The position numbers and the translations under genes were made by a program. The notes beneath the pieces were generated by a model, which saw only the letters and a program-made list of their open reading frames with translations, had not been told where the DNA came from and made no database searches. From assembly GCF_009914755.1 (NCBI RefSeq), contig NC_060947.1: 64,000 bases of DNA; one strand, given 5' to 3'. Positions 16,852 to 37,638 of the stretch are shown here, one piece after another; the first letter of the stretch is position 1; every line of letters starts with the position of its first letter. Origin of the DNA: the human T2T-CHM13v2.0 reference genome, Homo sapiens.

Positions 16852-17268
16852 TCAGGATCTACAAGCAAAACATTTTGAGTTGATGCCAAGAATGCTCATT
16901 GCCATCAACTTTGTCATAAAGAGGTCAGCCTTGGGTTTCAAATTCTGCCACTGAGTATTAGATTCCTTCTTCAGTGCAGTGGAAGTTTTAAATGCAACTA
17001 AAATCAAAGCCAGTTCTTCATATTGCTGGGTTTTAATAAGCCCAGGCACGTTATCATCCATGTTTTTGAAATTACAACCAAGTCCTAGGTAAGAATTGCA
17101 AAAAAAGAGGTTCCTGTAAAGTCCTTTACTTACTTTTCCCCAAATGTATTTCTTTTTCCAAAGCCCAGCATTCTATGTGCACGTTCATTGTATGTTGTTT
17201 CCAGCTGACTTACCCTTTAGAAAAGTCGTAACCACAGGAAATGCATGCCCTGGAAGTGACTCAGGCAT
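16852..17268 (-). CDS. Hypothetical spliced small ORF (17268-17214 joined to 17084-16852, 95 aa), unverified
   Basis: Donor AAGG|GTAAGT, 129-nt intron, acceptor ctctttttttgcaattcttacctag, in-frame join to ORF 16852-17061. No homology recognised. Confidence 0.2.
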
Positions 17269-17435
17269 TACAATAGCACATATCCTTCACACTTAGCCAG
17301 GCCTCCAAGGAAAGTTGACCAGTGGACTCACCACTCCATATAAACTAAATCAGATGGGATCTCTATTTGCCATACTTGGAAACATGTTATCATGTTAACA
17401 TTTCTTTTTTTAAATAAATGAGTGGTGTTTTAAAC

Positions 17436-18385
17436 TAGTTCATAGCATTTTCTGAGCAAAATATTTTAATTTTGATGAGGCTCAATTTAATTTTTTTTTC
17501 TTTTATGGTTGTGCTTTTGGTATAAAGTCTAAAAGCCCCTGGTCCTAAAGACTTTCTCTTATGCTTTTTATTTTTTCTGAAAGTCTTACATTTTATATTT
17601 AAGTCTACAATCCATTTTGAGTTAATTTTCATAATAGATGTGAGATTTAGGCCAAGGTTCATTTTTTTGCCAATGTATGCCCAATTTCTTCAGCATCACT
17701 TGTTGAAAAGACTATACTTCCTCCATTGAATTACTTTTGCACTTTTGTCAAACATCATTTGGACATGTTGATATGGATCTGTTCCTGGGTTCTCTATTTT
17801 ATTTATTTGATCTATCAGATCAATGTCTATTACTCAGCCAATACCACACTGTGTTGATTACTATAGCTACGTACTAACGCTTAATTTTAGGTAGAGTGAC
17901 TATTCCCACATAATTCCTATTTTTTAAAGATTGTTTTAGCTACTCTAGGGCCTGTAGCTTTCCAAATAAATTTTAGAATAAGCTTGTCTATCTATGCCTA
18001 CCAAAATCCTTACTGGTATTTTGGTAGGAATTGCATTGAATTTATAGATCAGTCTGGGAACAAGTGACATCTCTTCTATGTTGAGTCTTCCAATCTATAA
18101 ACATAATATGTATCTGCAATTACTTAGGTATCCTTTGATTTCTTTCAATAGCATTTTATAATTCTAAGTATATAAGCAAGCCCTGTACATGTTTTGTTAG
18201 ATTTATAACTATATCATTTTCTTTGAAGTGCTTGTAAGTGGTATTCGGTTTTTCATTTTGTTTTCCACATGTTCATTGTTATTGTAAAAATATAATTGAT
18301 ATTTATGTGTTAATTTTGTATCCTGTAACCTTAATGAACTCATTTATAAGTTCTAAGACTTTTTGTGTTATTTCCTTGGGATTTT
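17436..18385 (-). mobile_element. Old L1M (L1MB/MC-type) ORF2, segment 1 of the host element
   Basis: Antisense ORF2 3' region (KINSKWI-like ORF 17435-17662). Resumes at 26376. Confidence 0.8.
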
Positions 18386-26375
<7,990 letters not shown>

Positions 26376-26640
26376 TTGGGATTTTCTATGTATACAATAA
26401 TTTCATTTACAAATAGGAACAGTTTCACTCCTTCCTTTCCAAACTGTATGCCTTTGATCACATTTTCTTGCCTTATTAAAGGGCTAGAAATTCCAATAGT
26501 ATGATGAATAAGAGTAGTGAAAGCTAACATCACTGGATGTTAAGGGGGAAAACATTCAGCTTTTAACCATTATGTATGATGTTTGTAGATGTTCTTTATC
26601 AAGTTGAGATAATTCCTCTTTATTCCTAATTTGCAGAGGT
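26376..26640 (-). mobile_element. Old L1M host ORF2, segment 2
   Basis: Continues segment 1 across the TSD. ORF 26351-26533 has [15 protein letters not shown]. Confidence 0.8.
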
Positions 26641-28548
26641 TTTGTTTTGTTTTGTTCAACTTTTATTTTAAGTTCCGGGGTACTTGTGCAGGATGTGCAG
26701 GTTTGTTACATAGGTAACCATGTGCCATGGTGGTTTGCTGCACAGATCATCCCATGACCTAGCTATTAAGCCCAGCATCCATTAGCTGTTCTTCCTGATA
26801 CTCTCCCTCCCCAACCTTCCTGACAGGCCCCAGTATGTATTGTTCCCCCAGTATCCATGTGTTTTCATTGTTCAGCTCCTACTTATAAGTGAGAACATGC
26901 AATGTTTGGTTTTCTGTTCCTGTGTTAGTTTGCTGAGGATATTCGCTTCCAGCACCATACATGTCCCTCCAAAGGGCATGTTGTCATTCCTTTTTATGTC
27001 TGCATAGTATTCCATGGTGTATATGTGCCACATTTTCTTTGTCCAGTCTATCATTCATGGGCATTTGGGTTGATTCCATGTCTTTACTATTGTGAATAGT
27101 GCTGCAATGAACATATGCATGGATGTATCTTTATAATAGAATGATTTATATTCCTATGGGTATATACTTAGTAATGGGATCACTGGGTCAAATGGTATTT
27201 CTGCTTCTAGAACTTTGAGAATTGCTGCACTGTCTTCCACAATGGTTGAACTAATTTACACTCCCATGAACAGCGTATAAGCATTCCTTTTTCTCCACAA
27301 CCTCACCAGCATTTTTTGTTTCTTGATTTTTTTAACAATAGCCATTCTGACTGGTACAAGATGGTATCTTATGGTGGTTTTGATCTGCATTTCTCTAATG
27401 ATCAGTGATGTTGAGCTTTTGTTCACATGGTTGTTGGCTGCATAAATATCTTCTTTTGAAAACTGTCTGTTCATGTCCTTTGCCCACTTTAATTCGGTTG
27501 TTTGGCTTTTTCTCGTAAATTTGTTTAAGTTCCTTGTAAACGCTGGATATTAGACCCTTGTCAGATGGCAGTGTTGCAAAAATTTTCTCCCATTCTGTAG
27601 GTTGTCTATTCATTGAAGATAGTTTCTTTTGCAGTGCAAAAGCTCTTTAGATTAATTAGATGCCATGTGTCAATTTTTGCTTTTGTTGCAATGGCTTTTT
27701 GCATTGTTATCATGAAATCTTTACCCGTGCCTATGTCCTGAATGGTATTGCCTAGATTTTATTCTAGAGTTTTTACAGTTTTGGGTTATATATTTAAGTC
27801 TTTAATCCATCTTGAGTTAATTTTTGCATAAGGTGTAAGGAAAGCATCCAGTTTTAATTTTCTGCATATGGCTAGCCAGTTCCCCCAGCACCGTTTATTA
27901 AATAGGGAATTATTTCCTTGATGCTTGTTTTTTTGTAAGATTTGCCAAAGATTAGATGGTTGTAGTTGTGCGGTCTTATTTCTGAGTTCTCTATTCTGTT
28001 CCATTGATCTGTGTGTCTGCTTTTGTATTAGTACCGTGCTGTTTTGGTTACTGTAGCCTTGCAGTATAGTTTGAAGTTGGGTAGCATGATGCCTCCAGCT
28101 TTGTGCTTTTTGCTTAGGGTTGTCATGGCTATTCAGACTCCTTTTTGGTTCCATATGAATTTTAAGATAGTTTTTTTTCTAATTCTGTGAAGAATGTCAA
28201 TGGTAGTTTAATGGAAATAGCATTGAATCTATAAATTACTTTGGGCAGTATAACTATTTTCATGATTGATTTTTCCTATCCATGAGCATGAAATGTTTTT
28301 CCATTTGTTTGTCCTCTCTGATTTCCTTGAACAGTGGTTTGTAGTTCTCCTTGAAGAGGTCCTTCACTTTCCTTGTTAGCTGTATTCCTAGGTATTTTAT
28401 TCTTTTTGTAACAATTGTGAATGGGAGTTTATTCATGATTTAGCTCTCGGCTTGCCTGTTGTCAGTGTATAGGAATGCTAGCAATTTTTGCACACTGATT
28501 TTGTATCCTGAGACTTTGCTGAAGTTGCTTAAGAAGCTTCTGGGCTGA

Positions 28549-30043
28549 CACATTGCCAAGACAATCCTAAGCCAAAAGAACAAAGCTGGAGGCATCACGC
28601 TACCTAACTTCAAACTATACTACAAGGCTACAGTAACCAAAACAGCATGGTACTGGTACCAAAACAGACATATAGACCAATGGAGCAGAACAGAGATCTC
28701 AGAAATAACACCACACATCTACAACGATCTCATGTTTGACAAACCTGACAAACACAAGAAATGGGGAAAGGAGTCCCTATTTAATAAATGGTGCTGGGAA
28801 AACTGGCTAACCATATGTAGAAAGCTGAAACTGGTTCCCTTCCTTACACCTTATACAAAAATTAATTCAAGATGGATTAAAGACTTAAATGTTAGACCTA
28901 AAACCATAAAAGCCCTAGAAGAAAACCTAGGCAATGCCATTCAGGACATAGGCATGGGCAAGGCCTTCATGACTAAAACACCAAAAACAGTGGCAACAAA
29001 AGCCAAAATTGACAAATGGGATCTAATTAAACTAGAGAGCTTCTGCACAGCAAAAGAAACTACCATCAGAGTGAACAGGCAACCTACAGAATGGGAGAAA
29101 ATTTTTGCAATCTACTCGTCTGACAAGGGCTAATATCCAGAATCCACAAAGAACTTAAACAAATTTACAAGAAAAAATCAAACAACCCCATCAAAAAGTG
29201 AGTGAAGGATATGAACAGACACTTCTCAAAAGAAGACATTTATGCAGCCAACAGACAGATGAAAAAATGCTCATCATCACTGGCCATCAGAGAAATGCAA
29301 ACCAAAACCACAATGAGATACCATCTCACACCAGTTAGAATGGCGATCATTAAAAAGTCAGAAAACAACAGGTGCTGGAGAGGATGTGGAGAAAGGAATA
29401 CTTTCACACTGTTGGTGGGAGTGTAAACTAATTCAACCATTGTGGAAGACAGTGTGGCAATTCCTCAAGGATCTAGAACTAGAAATACCATTTGACCTAG
29501 CAATCCCATTACTGGGTATATACCGAAAGGATTATCAATCATGCTACTATAAAGACACATGCACACGTATGTTTATTGTGGCACTATTCACAATAGCAAA
29601 GACTTGGAACCAACCCAAATGTCCATCAATGATAGACTGGATTAAGAAAATGTGGCACATATACACCATGGAATACTATGCAGCCATAAAAAATGATGAG
29701 TTCATGTCCTTTGTAGGGACATGGATGAAGCTGGAAAGCATCATTCTGAGCAAACTATCACAAGGACAGAAAACCAAACACATCATGTTCTCACTCATAG
29801 GTGGAATTGAACAATGAGAACACTTGGACACAGGATGGGGAACATCATACACTGTGGCCTGTCATGGGGTCGAGGGAGCAAGGAGGGATAGCATTAGGAG
29901 AAATACCTAATGTAAATGATGAGTTAATGGGTCCAGCACACCAACGTGGCACATGTTTACATATGTAACAAACCTGCACGTTGTGCACATGTACTCTAGA
30001 ACTTAAAGTATAATAAAAAGAAAAAGAAAGAAAGACAGACAGA
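28549..30043 (+). mobile_element. 5'-truncated L1PA4/PA5-like element (1.5 kb)
   Basis: ORF2 C-terminal ORFs 28732-29133 and 29386-29817, 3'UTR and A-rich tail. 18-bp TSD aagaagcttctgggctga (28531-28548) / aagaagcttctcagctga (30044-30061) at a TT/AAGA site. Confidence 0.93.
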
Positions 30044-31349
30044 AAGAAGCTTCTCAGCTGAGACAATGGGGTTTTCTAGATATAGAATCATATCATCTGC
30101 AAACAAGGATAATTTGACTTCCTCTCTTCCTATTTGAATACCCTTTATTTCTTTCTCTTGCCTGATTGCCCTCACCAGAACTTTCAATACTATGTTGAAT
30201 AGGAGTGGTGAGAGAAGGCATCCTTGTCTTGTGCTGGTTTTAAAAGGGAATGCGTCCAGCTTTTGCCCATTCGGTTTGATATTGACTGTTGGTTTGTCAT
30301 AAATGGCTCTTATTATTCTGAGTATTTTCCTTCAATACATAGGTTATTGAGAGTTTTTAACATGAAGAGGTGTTGAATTTCATTGGAGGCCTTTTCTACA
30401 TCTATTGAGATAATCATTTAGTTTTTGTCTTTATTTATGTTTATGTGATAAATTACATTTATTGATTTGCTTATGTTGAACCAACCTTGCATCCTGGGGA
30501 TGGAACCAACTTGATAGTGCTAGATTAGCTTTTTGATATGCTGTTGGATTCGGTTCACCAGTATTTTTTTTTTTTTTTGAGGATTTTCCCATTGATGTTC
30601 ATCAGGGATATTGGCCTGAAGTTTTCTTTTTTTGTTGTATCTCTGCCAGATTTTGGTATCAGGATGATGCTGGCTTCATAAAATGAGTTAGGGAGGAGTC
30701 CCTTCTTTTCAATTGTTTTGAGTAGTTTCAGTAGAAATGGTACCAGCTCTTATTTGTACCTCTGGTAGAATTCAGCTCTAAATCCATCTAGTACTGGGCT
30801 TTCTTTTTCTTTTTTTTTTTTTTGGTTGTAGGCTATTTTTTGCTGAGTCAATTTCAGAACTCGTTATTGGTCTATTCAGGTGTTCAGTTTTTTCCTGGTT
30901 CAGTCTTGGGAGGGTGTATGTGTCCAGGAATTTATCAATTTTTCTAGATTTTCCAGTGTATGTGCATAGAGGCATTTACAGTATTCTCCGATGGTTGCTT
31001 CTTGTATTTCGGTGGGGTCAGTGGTGATATCCCCTTTATCATTTCTGATTGTGTCTATTTGATTCTTCTTTTTTTTTCTTTATTAGTCTAGCTAGCAGTC
31101 TATTTTACTAATTTTTTTTTCACAAAAAAAACAGCTTCTTGTTTCGTTGGTTTTTTGAATGGCATTTTGTGTCTCTGTCTCCTTCAGTTTTGCTCTGATC
31201 TTAGTTAATTTTTGCCTTCTGCTAGCTTTGGGGTTTGTTTGTTCTTAGTTCTCTCATTCTTTTAGTTGTGATGTTAAGTTGTAAATTTGAGATTTTTCTA
31301 TCCTTTTGATGTGGGCATTCAGTGCTATATATTTCCCTCTTACACTGCT

Positions 31350-31801
31350 TGTGATGGTTAATATTGAGTGTCAACATGAATGGATTGAAGGATGCAAAGT
31401 ATTGTTCCTGGGTGTGTCTGTGAGGGTGTTGCCAAAGGAGATTAACATTTGAGCCAGTGGACTGGGAAAAGCAGACCCACACTCAATCTGCATGAGCACA
31501 ATCTAATCAGCTGCCAGTGTGTCCAGAATAAAAGCAGGCAGAATAACGTGGAAAGACTACACTGGTTTAGTCTTCTGGCCTACATCTTTCTCTTGTGCTG
31601 GATGCTTCCTGCCCTTGAACATTGGACTCCAAGTTCTTCAGCTTTGGGACTCGGACTGGCTTCCTTGCTCCTTGGCTTGCAGATGGCCTATTCTGTGACC
31701 TCACCTTGTGATCGTGTGAGTCAATACTCCTTAATAAACTCTCCTTTATATATACATCTATCCTATTAGTTCTGTCCCTCTAGAGAACCCTGACTAATAC
31801 A
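31350..31801 (+). mobile_element. MLT2A1-like solo LTR (HERV-L)
   Basis: TGTGATGG...AATACA ends. Perfect 5-bp TSD ctgct (31345-31349 / 31802-31806). Confidence 0.95.
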
Positions 31802-34519
31802 CTGCTTTCGCTGTGTCCTAGTGATTCTGGTATGTTGGCTCTTTGTCCTCATTAGTTTCAAAGAACTTCTTGATTTCTGCCTTAATTTCATTATTTACCC
31901 AGGAGTCATTCAGGAGCAGGCTGTTTAATTTTCATGAAGTTGTGTGGTTTTGAGTGAATTTCTTAGTCTTGAGTTCTAATTTGATTGTGCTGTGGTCTGA
32001 GAAACTGTTATAATTTCAGTTCTTTTGCACTTGCTGGGGAGTATTTTACTTCCAATTATGTGATTAATTTTAAAGTGCCATGTGGTGATAAAAAGAATGT
32101 ATATTCTGTTGTTTTGAGGTGAAGAGTTCTATAGATATCAATAAGGTTCACTTGATCCAGAGCTGAGTTCAGGTCCTGAATATCTGTGTTAATTTTCTGT
32201 CTCAATGATCTGTCTAATATTGTCAGTGGGGTGTTAAAGTTTCCCACTGTTATTGTGTGGGAGTCTAAATCTCTTTGTGGGTCTCTAAGAACTTGCTTTA
32301 TGAATCTGGGTGCTCCTGTATTGGGTGCATGTATATTCAGGATAGTTAGCTCTTATTGTTGACTTGAACATTTTACCATTATGTAATGCCCTTGTTTATC
32401 TTTTTTGATCTTCGTTGGTTTAAAGTGTATTTTATCAGAAACTAGAACCCCTGCTTTTTTCTGTTTTCCATTTGCTTGGTAAATTTTCCTCCATCCCTTT
32501 ATTTTGAGCCTATATGTGTCTTTGCATGTGAGATGGGTCTTTCGAAGACAGTATATTGATGGGTCTTGACTCATTATACAGCTTGCCATTCTGTGTCTTT
32601 AAATGGGGCATTTAGCTCATTTACATTTAAGGTTAATATTGTTATGTGTTAATTTGGTCCTGTCATCATGATGGTAGCTGGTTATTTTGCAGACTTGTTT
32701 CATGGTTGCTTCAGAGTGTCCCTTGTCTGTGTATTTCAGTATGTTTTTGTGGTGGCTGGTAACAGTTTTTCCTTTCCAACTTAGTGCTTTCTTCAGGAGC
32801 TCTTGCAAGGCAGGCCTGGTGGTGATGAACGCCCTCAGCATTATGCTTGTCTGAAAAGGATCTTATTTCTCCTTTGCATCTGAAGCTTAGTTTGGCCAGA
32901 TATGAAATTCTGGGTTGGAAATTCTTTTCTTTAAGAATGTTGAATATTGGCCCCCAATCTCTTCTGGCTTACAGCGTTTCTGCTGAGAGGTCCACTGTTA
33001 GTCTGATGGGCTTCCATTGTAGGTGACCTGGTCTTTCTCTGTGGCTGCCCTTAACATTGTTTTCTTCCATTTTGACCTTGGAGAATCTGATGATTATTTG
33101 TCTTGGGGTTGATCTTCTCATGGAGTATCTTACTGGGGTTCTCTGGATTTCCTGAATCTGAGTTTTGGCCTTTCTTGCTAGGTTGGGGGAAGTTCTCTTT
33201 GATGATATCCTGAAGTGTGTTTTCCACCTTGGTTCCATTCTCCCCATCTCTTACAGGTACTCCAATCAATCATAGGTTCGGTCTTTATACATAATTCCAT
33301 ATTTCTCAGAGGTTTTGTTTGTTCCATTTCATTCTTTTTTCTGTATTCTTGTCTGCCTGTCTTATTTCAGAAAGACAGTCTTCAAGCTCTGAGATTCTTT
33401 TCTCCACTTGGTCTATTCTGCTATTGGTACTTCTGATTGCATTGTTAAGTTTTCATGTTGTGTTTTTTCAGCTTAATCAGGTCAGTTATGTTTCTTTCTA
33501 AACTGGCTATTCTGGTTATCGGCTCCTGTATAGTTTTATTTTAATTATTAGCTTCTTTGCATTGGGTTACAACATGCTTTTTTAGCTCAGTGAATTTCAT
33601 TATTACCCACCTTCTGATGTCTACTTCTGTCAATTCAGCCATCTCAGCCTGAGTCTCATTCTGTGCCCTTGCTGGAGAGGTGTTGTGGTCATTTGAAGGA
33701 GAAGAGGCACTCTAGCTTTCTGAGTTTTCAGCGTTTTTCTGTTGATTCTTTCTCATCTTTGTGGGGTTATCTACCTTTGATCTTTGAGGTTGCTGACCTT
33801 TGAATGGGGTTTTTTTTATGGGGTTGTTTTTGTTGATGTTGTTGCTTTCTGTTTGTTTTTCTTTTATCAGTGAGGCCACTCTTCCATAGTGCTGCTTCAG
33901 TTTTCTGGGGGTCTGCTCCAGACCCTAGCTGCCTCCATTTTTTCTGTACCTGGAGATATCACCAGTGAAGGCTGCAAAACAGCAAAGATGGCAGCCTACT
34001 CCTTTCTCTGGGTGCTCCATCCCAGGGGGATACTGACCTGTTTCCAGAGTGCTCCTGTAGGAGGTGTCTGGAGACCCCTCTTGAGAGGTCTCACCCAGTC
34101 AGGAGGAATGAGATCAGAGACCCACTTAAATCAGCAGTCTGGCTGCTTTTTGGTAGAACTGGTTTGCTGCATTGTGGGGAACTCTTCCTCATCCAGACCA
34201 CTTGGTCTCTCCAGAGCCACAGGCTGAAAAGGCTGAGTTGACTGAACCACAGAGACAGTGGCTGTCCCTCCCCCTGGGGGCTCCATCCCAGGGAGAGATC
34301 AGAATTATAACCACAGCTGGAGTTGGTGAAAGTCCCTCAGGGAAGCCCTGCCCAGTAAGGAAGGATGGATCAGGGTCCCACTTACAGCAGCAGTCTGGCA
34401 ACGATCTAGCACAGCAACTGTGCTGCGTTGTGGGGCACTCCTCCTCATCCAGACCACCTGTACTCCCCAGAGCCAGCAGGCTAGAATGATTGAGTCCACT
34501 GAACCACCTGTTTTGTTTT

Positions 34520-36055
34520 TAATTATGAATGGCTGTTGGATTGTCAGCTGCTTTGTCTGAGTCAATTTACATGACATTTGATTTTTTTCTTCTTTAACTT
34601 GTTGATAGGGTGGATTACATTGGTTGATTTTTTTATGGTTGATTTTTCAACATTGAAGCAAATTTGGTGAAGTAAAAAGAATTCAGTCACGGTGTATAAT
34701 TATTTTATACTGTTGGGGAGTAAGATTTTCATCAACTCTCAAGGTTTCTGGCTGGGTCTAAAAATAAAACTGAAAAAGACAGATTAAAAGGAAAAAAAAG
34801 CAGACAAAAATTTTAACATAAGTATTATGTGACATTGGAGCCTTCAGAAATGATGATCTAAAAAGAAAAAGGGAAACCTGTGTATTTTTATGCTTAAGTT
34901 AAATGAAGAGTAGACAGTTGTGGAGAAGTATGATTGGACAAAGGGTGTATGATCTAAAGGTAATTAACTGGGGTAGCTTCACAAGTCCTGTTTGTTCAGA
35001 TTCTTCTGTGTTTCTGTTTTCAGAGACAAGGAAGTTCCTTTCCTCTGGCTGTGAAGTTCGCACTGTCACATTACAGTCTTATGACCTGCTTCAGGGGAGA
35101 GTAAAACAATTCTTTCTAGGTTTTATGACCTTCTTTAGAAGAGAAAAGCAGAAGTAGGTAGGTGAGAGGGCCCTTCCTGCTTCTGTCACTTTCTCAAATT
35201 CCTTCAGCTTAAAATATTCAGTATGCTAAAGTTCCATATTTTGGGTTTGTGTGTCCTAAACCCTGTCAATACATTGCTATATTTAATTTGCTTTTTTTTT
35301 TAAGTACTTTTGAATCAAAGTATATAATACTATTTTTCTGTAGGTGTTTTTATGTTTGTTTGTTTTTGTTTTTGTTTTTTTTAATCAGGGTAATACTTGC
35401 CTCAGAAAATGGGTTGTGATGTGTTCCCTCTTCTATTTTCTGAAAGAATATATATAAGATTGCTGGTGATTCTTTAAATGTTTGGTAGAATGCTCCAGTG
35501 AAACCACGTGGGCCTGGATATTTTATTTTTTGGGTGTTTTTAATTACAAATTCAGTTTCTTTATGGTAATAGGACAATTCAGAATGTGTATTTTATCTTA
35601 GTTTGAGTTTTGGTAGTTTGTAGTTTTTGAGGGATTGGTCTATTTCTCCTGTCAAATTTATGGTACTAAAGTTATTTGTAGTAATCTCTTATTTACCTTT
35701 TAATAAACTCAGGTTCTTTAGTGATATCTCCGCTTCATTTCTGATGTTTATTTGTGTCTTCTTTTTGTCAGTGTTGCTACAGGTTTGCTAGTTTTATTGA
35801 TTTTCCCCGTAAAGAATCAGTGCTGTGTTTCATTGATTTTCTCTACTGTTTCTGTTTTCAGTTTAATTGATTTCTGCTTGCACCTTTGCCATTTCCTTTC
35901 TTATGCTTGTTTGAGTGTCTTTCACTCTTCTTTTTCTCATTTCTTGAGGTAGAAACTTAGACCTGTCTTCTTTTCTGATGTAATTATTTACTGTTATAAA
36001 TTTTCCTTTCTTCACTGCCAAAGCTGCATTCCATGTGTTTTGGCATGTTGTGTCT
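34520..36055 (-). mobile_element. Old L1M host ORF2, segments 3-4 (split by an LTR)
   Basis: Antisense ORF2, e.g. ORF 35350-35577 PGPRGFTGAFYQTFKE. Confidence 0.8.
34711..35268 (-). mobile_element. ERV1-class solo LTR, MER34/MER39-like
   Basis: TG...CA ends and 4-bp TSD atac (34707-34710 / 35269-35272). Reverse strand has the cccaaaatatgg...aatattttaagctgaaggaatttgagaaa signature. Confidence 0.85.
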
Positions 36056-36285
36056 TTTAAAACTTTTTTAGTAGAATTTATGTTTACAGCAGTTTTAAGT
36101 TCACAGCAAAATTTAGCAGAAGGTACAGAGATTTTCCATGTACTCCCTGCCCCAACACATGCATAGCCTTCCACATTATCAATATCCCCCACCAGAGTAG
36201 TACATTTGTTACAATTGGTGAGCCTACACTGACACAACTTTTGCAACCAAATCCATCATTTACATTAGAATTCACTCTTAGTTTT
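36056..36285 (-). mobile_element. L1MC-like 3' end fragment
   Basis: gcagttttaagttcacagcaaaatttagcagaaggtacagag...tacatttgttacaattggtgagcctacactgacaca. Confidence 0.75.
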
Positions 36286-36288
36286 ATA

Positions 36289-36602
36289 TGAGTGTAACTA
36301 ATGTGGTTGATTTTATATGTCATAGTACATGAAATAATTGTAGAAAATATAACAGGCTTATAAAGTGCCTTTGCTGCTTTTTTTTTTTTTTTTTGCTACT
36401 ATGCTTTTACTTCTACAAAAAAAAAAAATCCCTTGCAGTGTGAAAGAGAGTAACATTGAAAGTTAGAGAGGGGAAAAAGGGAGCAGAAGAGGTAACAACA
36501 AAATAGTACATTTAGTTTGAAGTACAAGCTCAGAGATAAATGAAAACTGACTTAAGAAAGTAATGCTTAATAGAATATGAACAGAAGGGCTGGGGCTACC
36601 AT
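36289..36602 (+). repeat. Local direct repeat, copy 1
   Basis: Aligns by eye to 38480-38771 (catagtacatgaaataa...caagctcagagataaatgaaaa...acagaagggct). Confidence 0.92.
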
Positions 36603-36631
36603 TTCAGGAGACAAGACCCAAGCTGAAGGAG

Positions 36632-36778
36632 CAGACTGGTTCTCAGACTTTAATGGGTATACAAATCACCTGAGTAGCCGTCATGTCTGGGATGGGCCTC
36701 AACTATTTGCAGTTCTAAAACTTTTCCAGGTGATGCTGATGTTGCTAGTCATGGACCATCATTTAAGTATCAAGGAGT
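36632..36778. mobile_element. MER5-family (hAT-Charlie) MITE
   Basis: tggttctcagacttt...ccaggtgatgctgatgttgct...ggacca. Confidence 0.7.
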
Positions 36779-36994
36779 TAGTTGTCTAGGTTAACTTTCT
36801 CATTGTACAGTGAGATTTCCTTCATTATCAGCTATCCCTTCTGTCATTATACCAAACCTCAAGTGAAAGAATGTCTTCAAACAGTTTTGTAATAGGTGTC
36901 TAGGACAAGTGAAGCATCTGGGGTCCAAAATGAACAGAGCAGGCAATCAAAACCTCTAACAGAAGGGGGCTATAACAGAACTCATTGCTCTAAT

Positions 36995-37160
36995 TAGTTC
37001 CCAAATTATCTCTGCATGCTAGACTCACCAGGAAAACTGAAAATTCCAGAGTCCAGGTCACCTAAGACTAACTAAATCACAATTTTTGAGGGTGGGAAAT
37101 GGGCATCAGTATTTTTTAAGCTCTTCAGATGATGCTTATGTGCAAAATTGGGAACCACTG
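36995..37160. mobile_element. MER5-family MITE
   Basis: gttcccaaatt...ggcatcagtattttttaagctc...gggaaccactg. Confidence 0.75.
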
Positions 37161-37638
37161 TTCTGGTGCCAATACTGGCAATGAGACATCTTAGTCAAGG
37201 ACAGATGAAAGTTTTTATTAGTTCTGTACAATGAGCCAAGGGGGTAGAGCCAAGAAGATGGGTCTAAGGAACCTCCTTTGGCTTAAAAGAAAGCATAAAT
37301 TCTCAGGCAGTTGTCAGAGAAATACTTCCACAGCCCTCTCTTGGATATTCTGATCTGAGATTTCTGGAAGCATCAAGGCCTGACTTTGCCTTGTCAAATT
37401 TCTGGCCACTCTCTCAGACTATCTGTACTTTTAATTGTCCTTGTTTCTCATACCACCTTCCTAACATTGAACACAAATATTTGGAACTGTAACAAGCCAT
37501 TTATTAATATTACTTGGATAGGAAGGCACTCTTTAAAAAATATCAGCACTAGTAAACACGAGGTAATTATTATATTCTCCTCACTTGCTTAAACGAAACA
37601 GAAACTTTTTTTAAAAAACCCACCTTTGTTGTCTACAG

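Larger units (their letters stand above)
26649..34507 (-). mobile_element. Near-full-length L1PA10-like LINE-1, truncated in the 5'UTR, with two nested insertions
   Basis: 3'UTR cacagatcatcccat...aagcccagcatccattagc, ORF2 and ORF1 remnants, UTR to 34507. Low-complexity candidate TSD gttttgtttt (26639-26648 / 34510-34519). Confidence 0.85.

Noticed and set aside
28549-30043. Twin-priming inversion of the host L1
   Set aside because: It has its own tail, its own 18-bp TSD and a younger 3'UTR, so it is an independent insertion.
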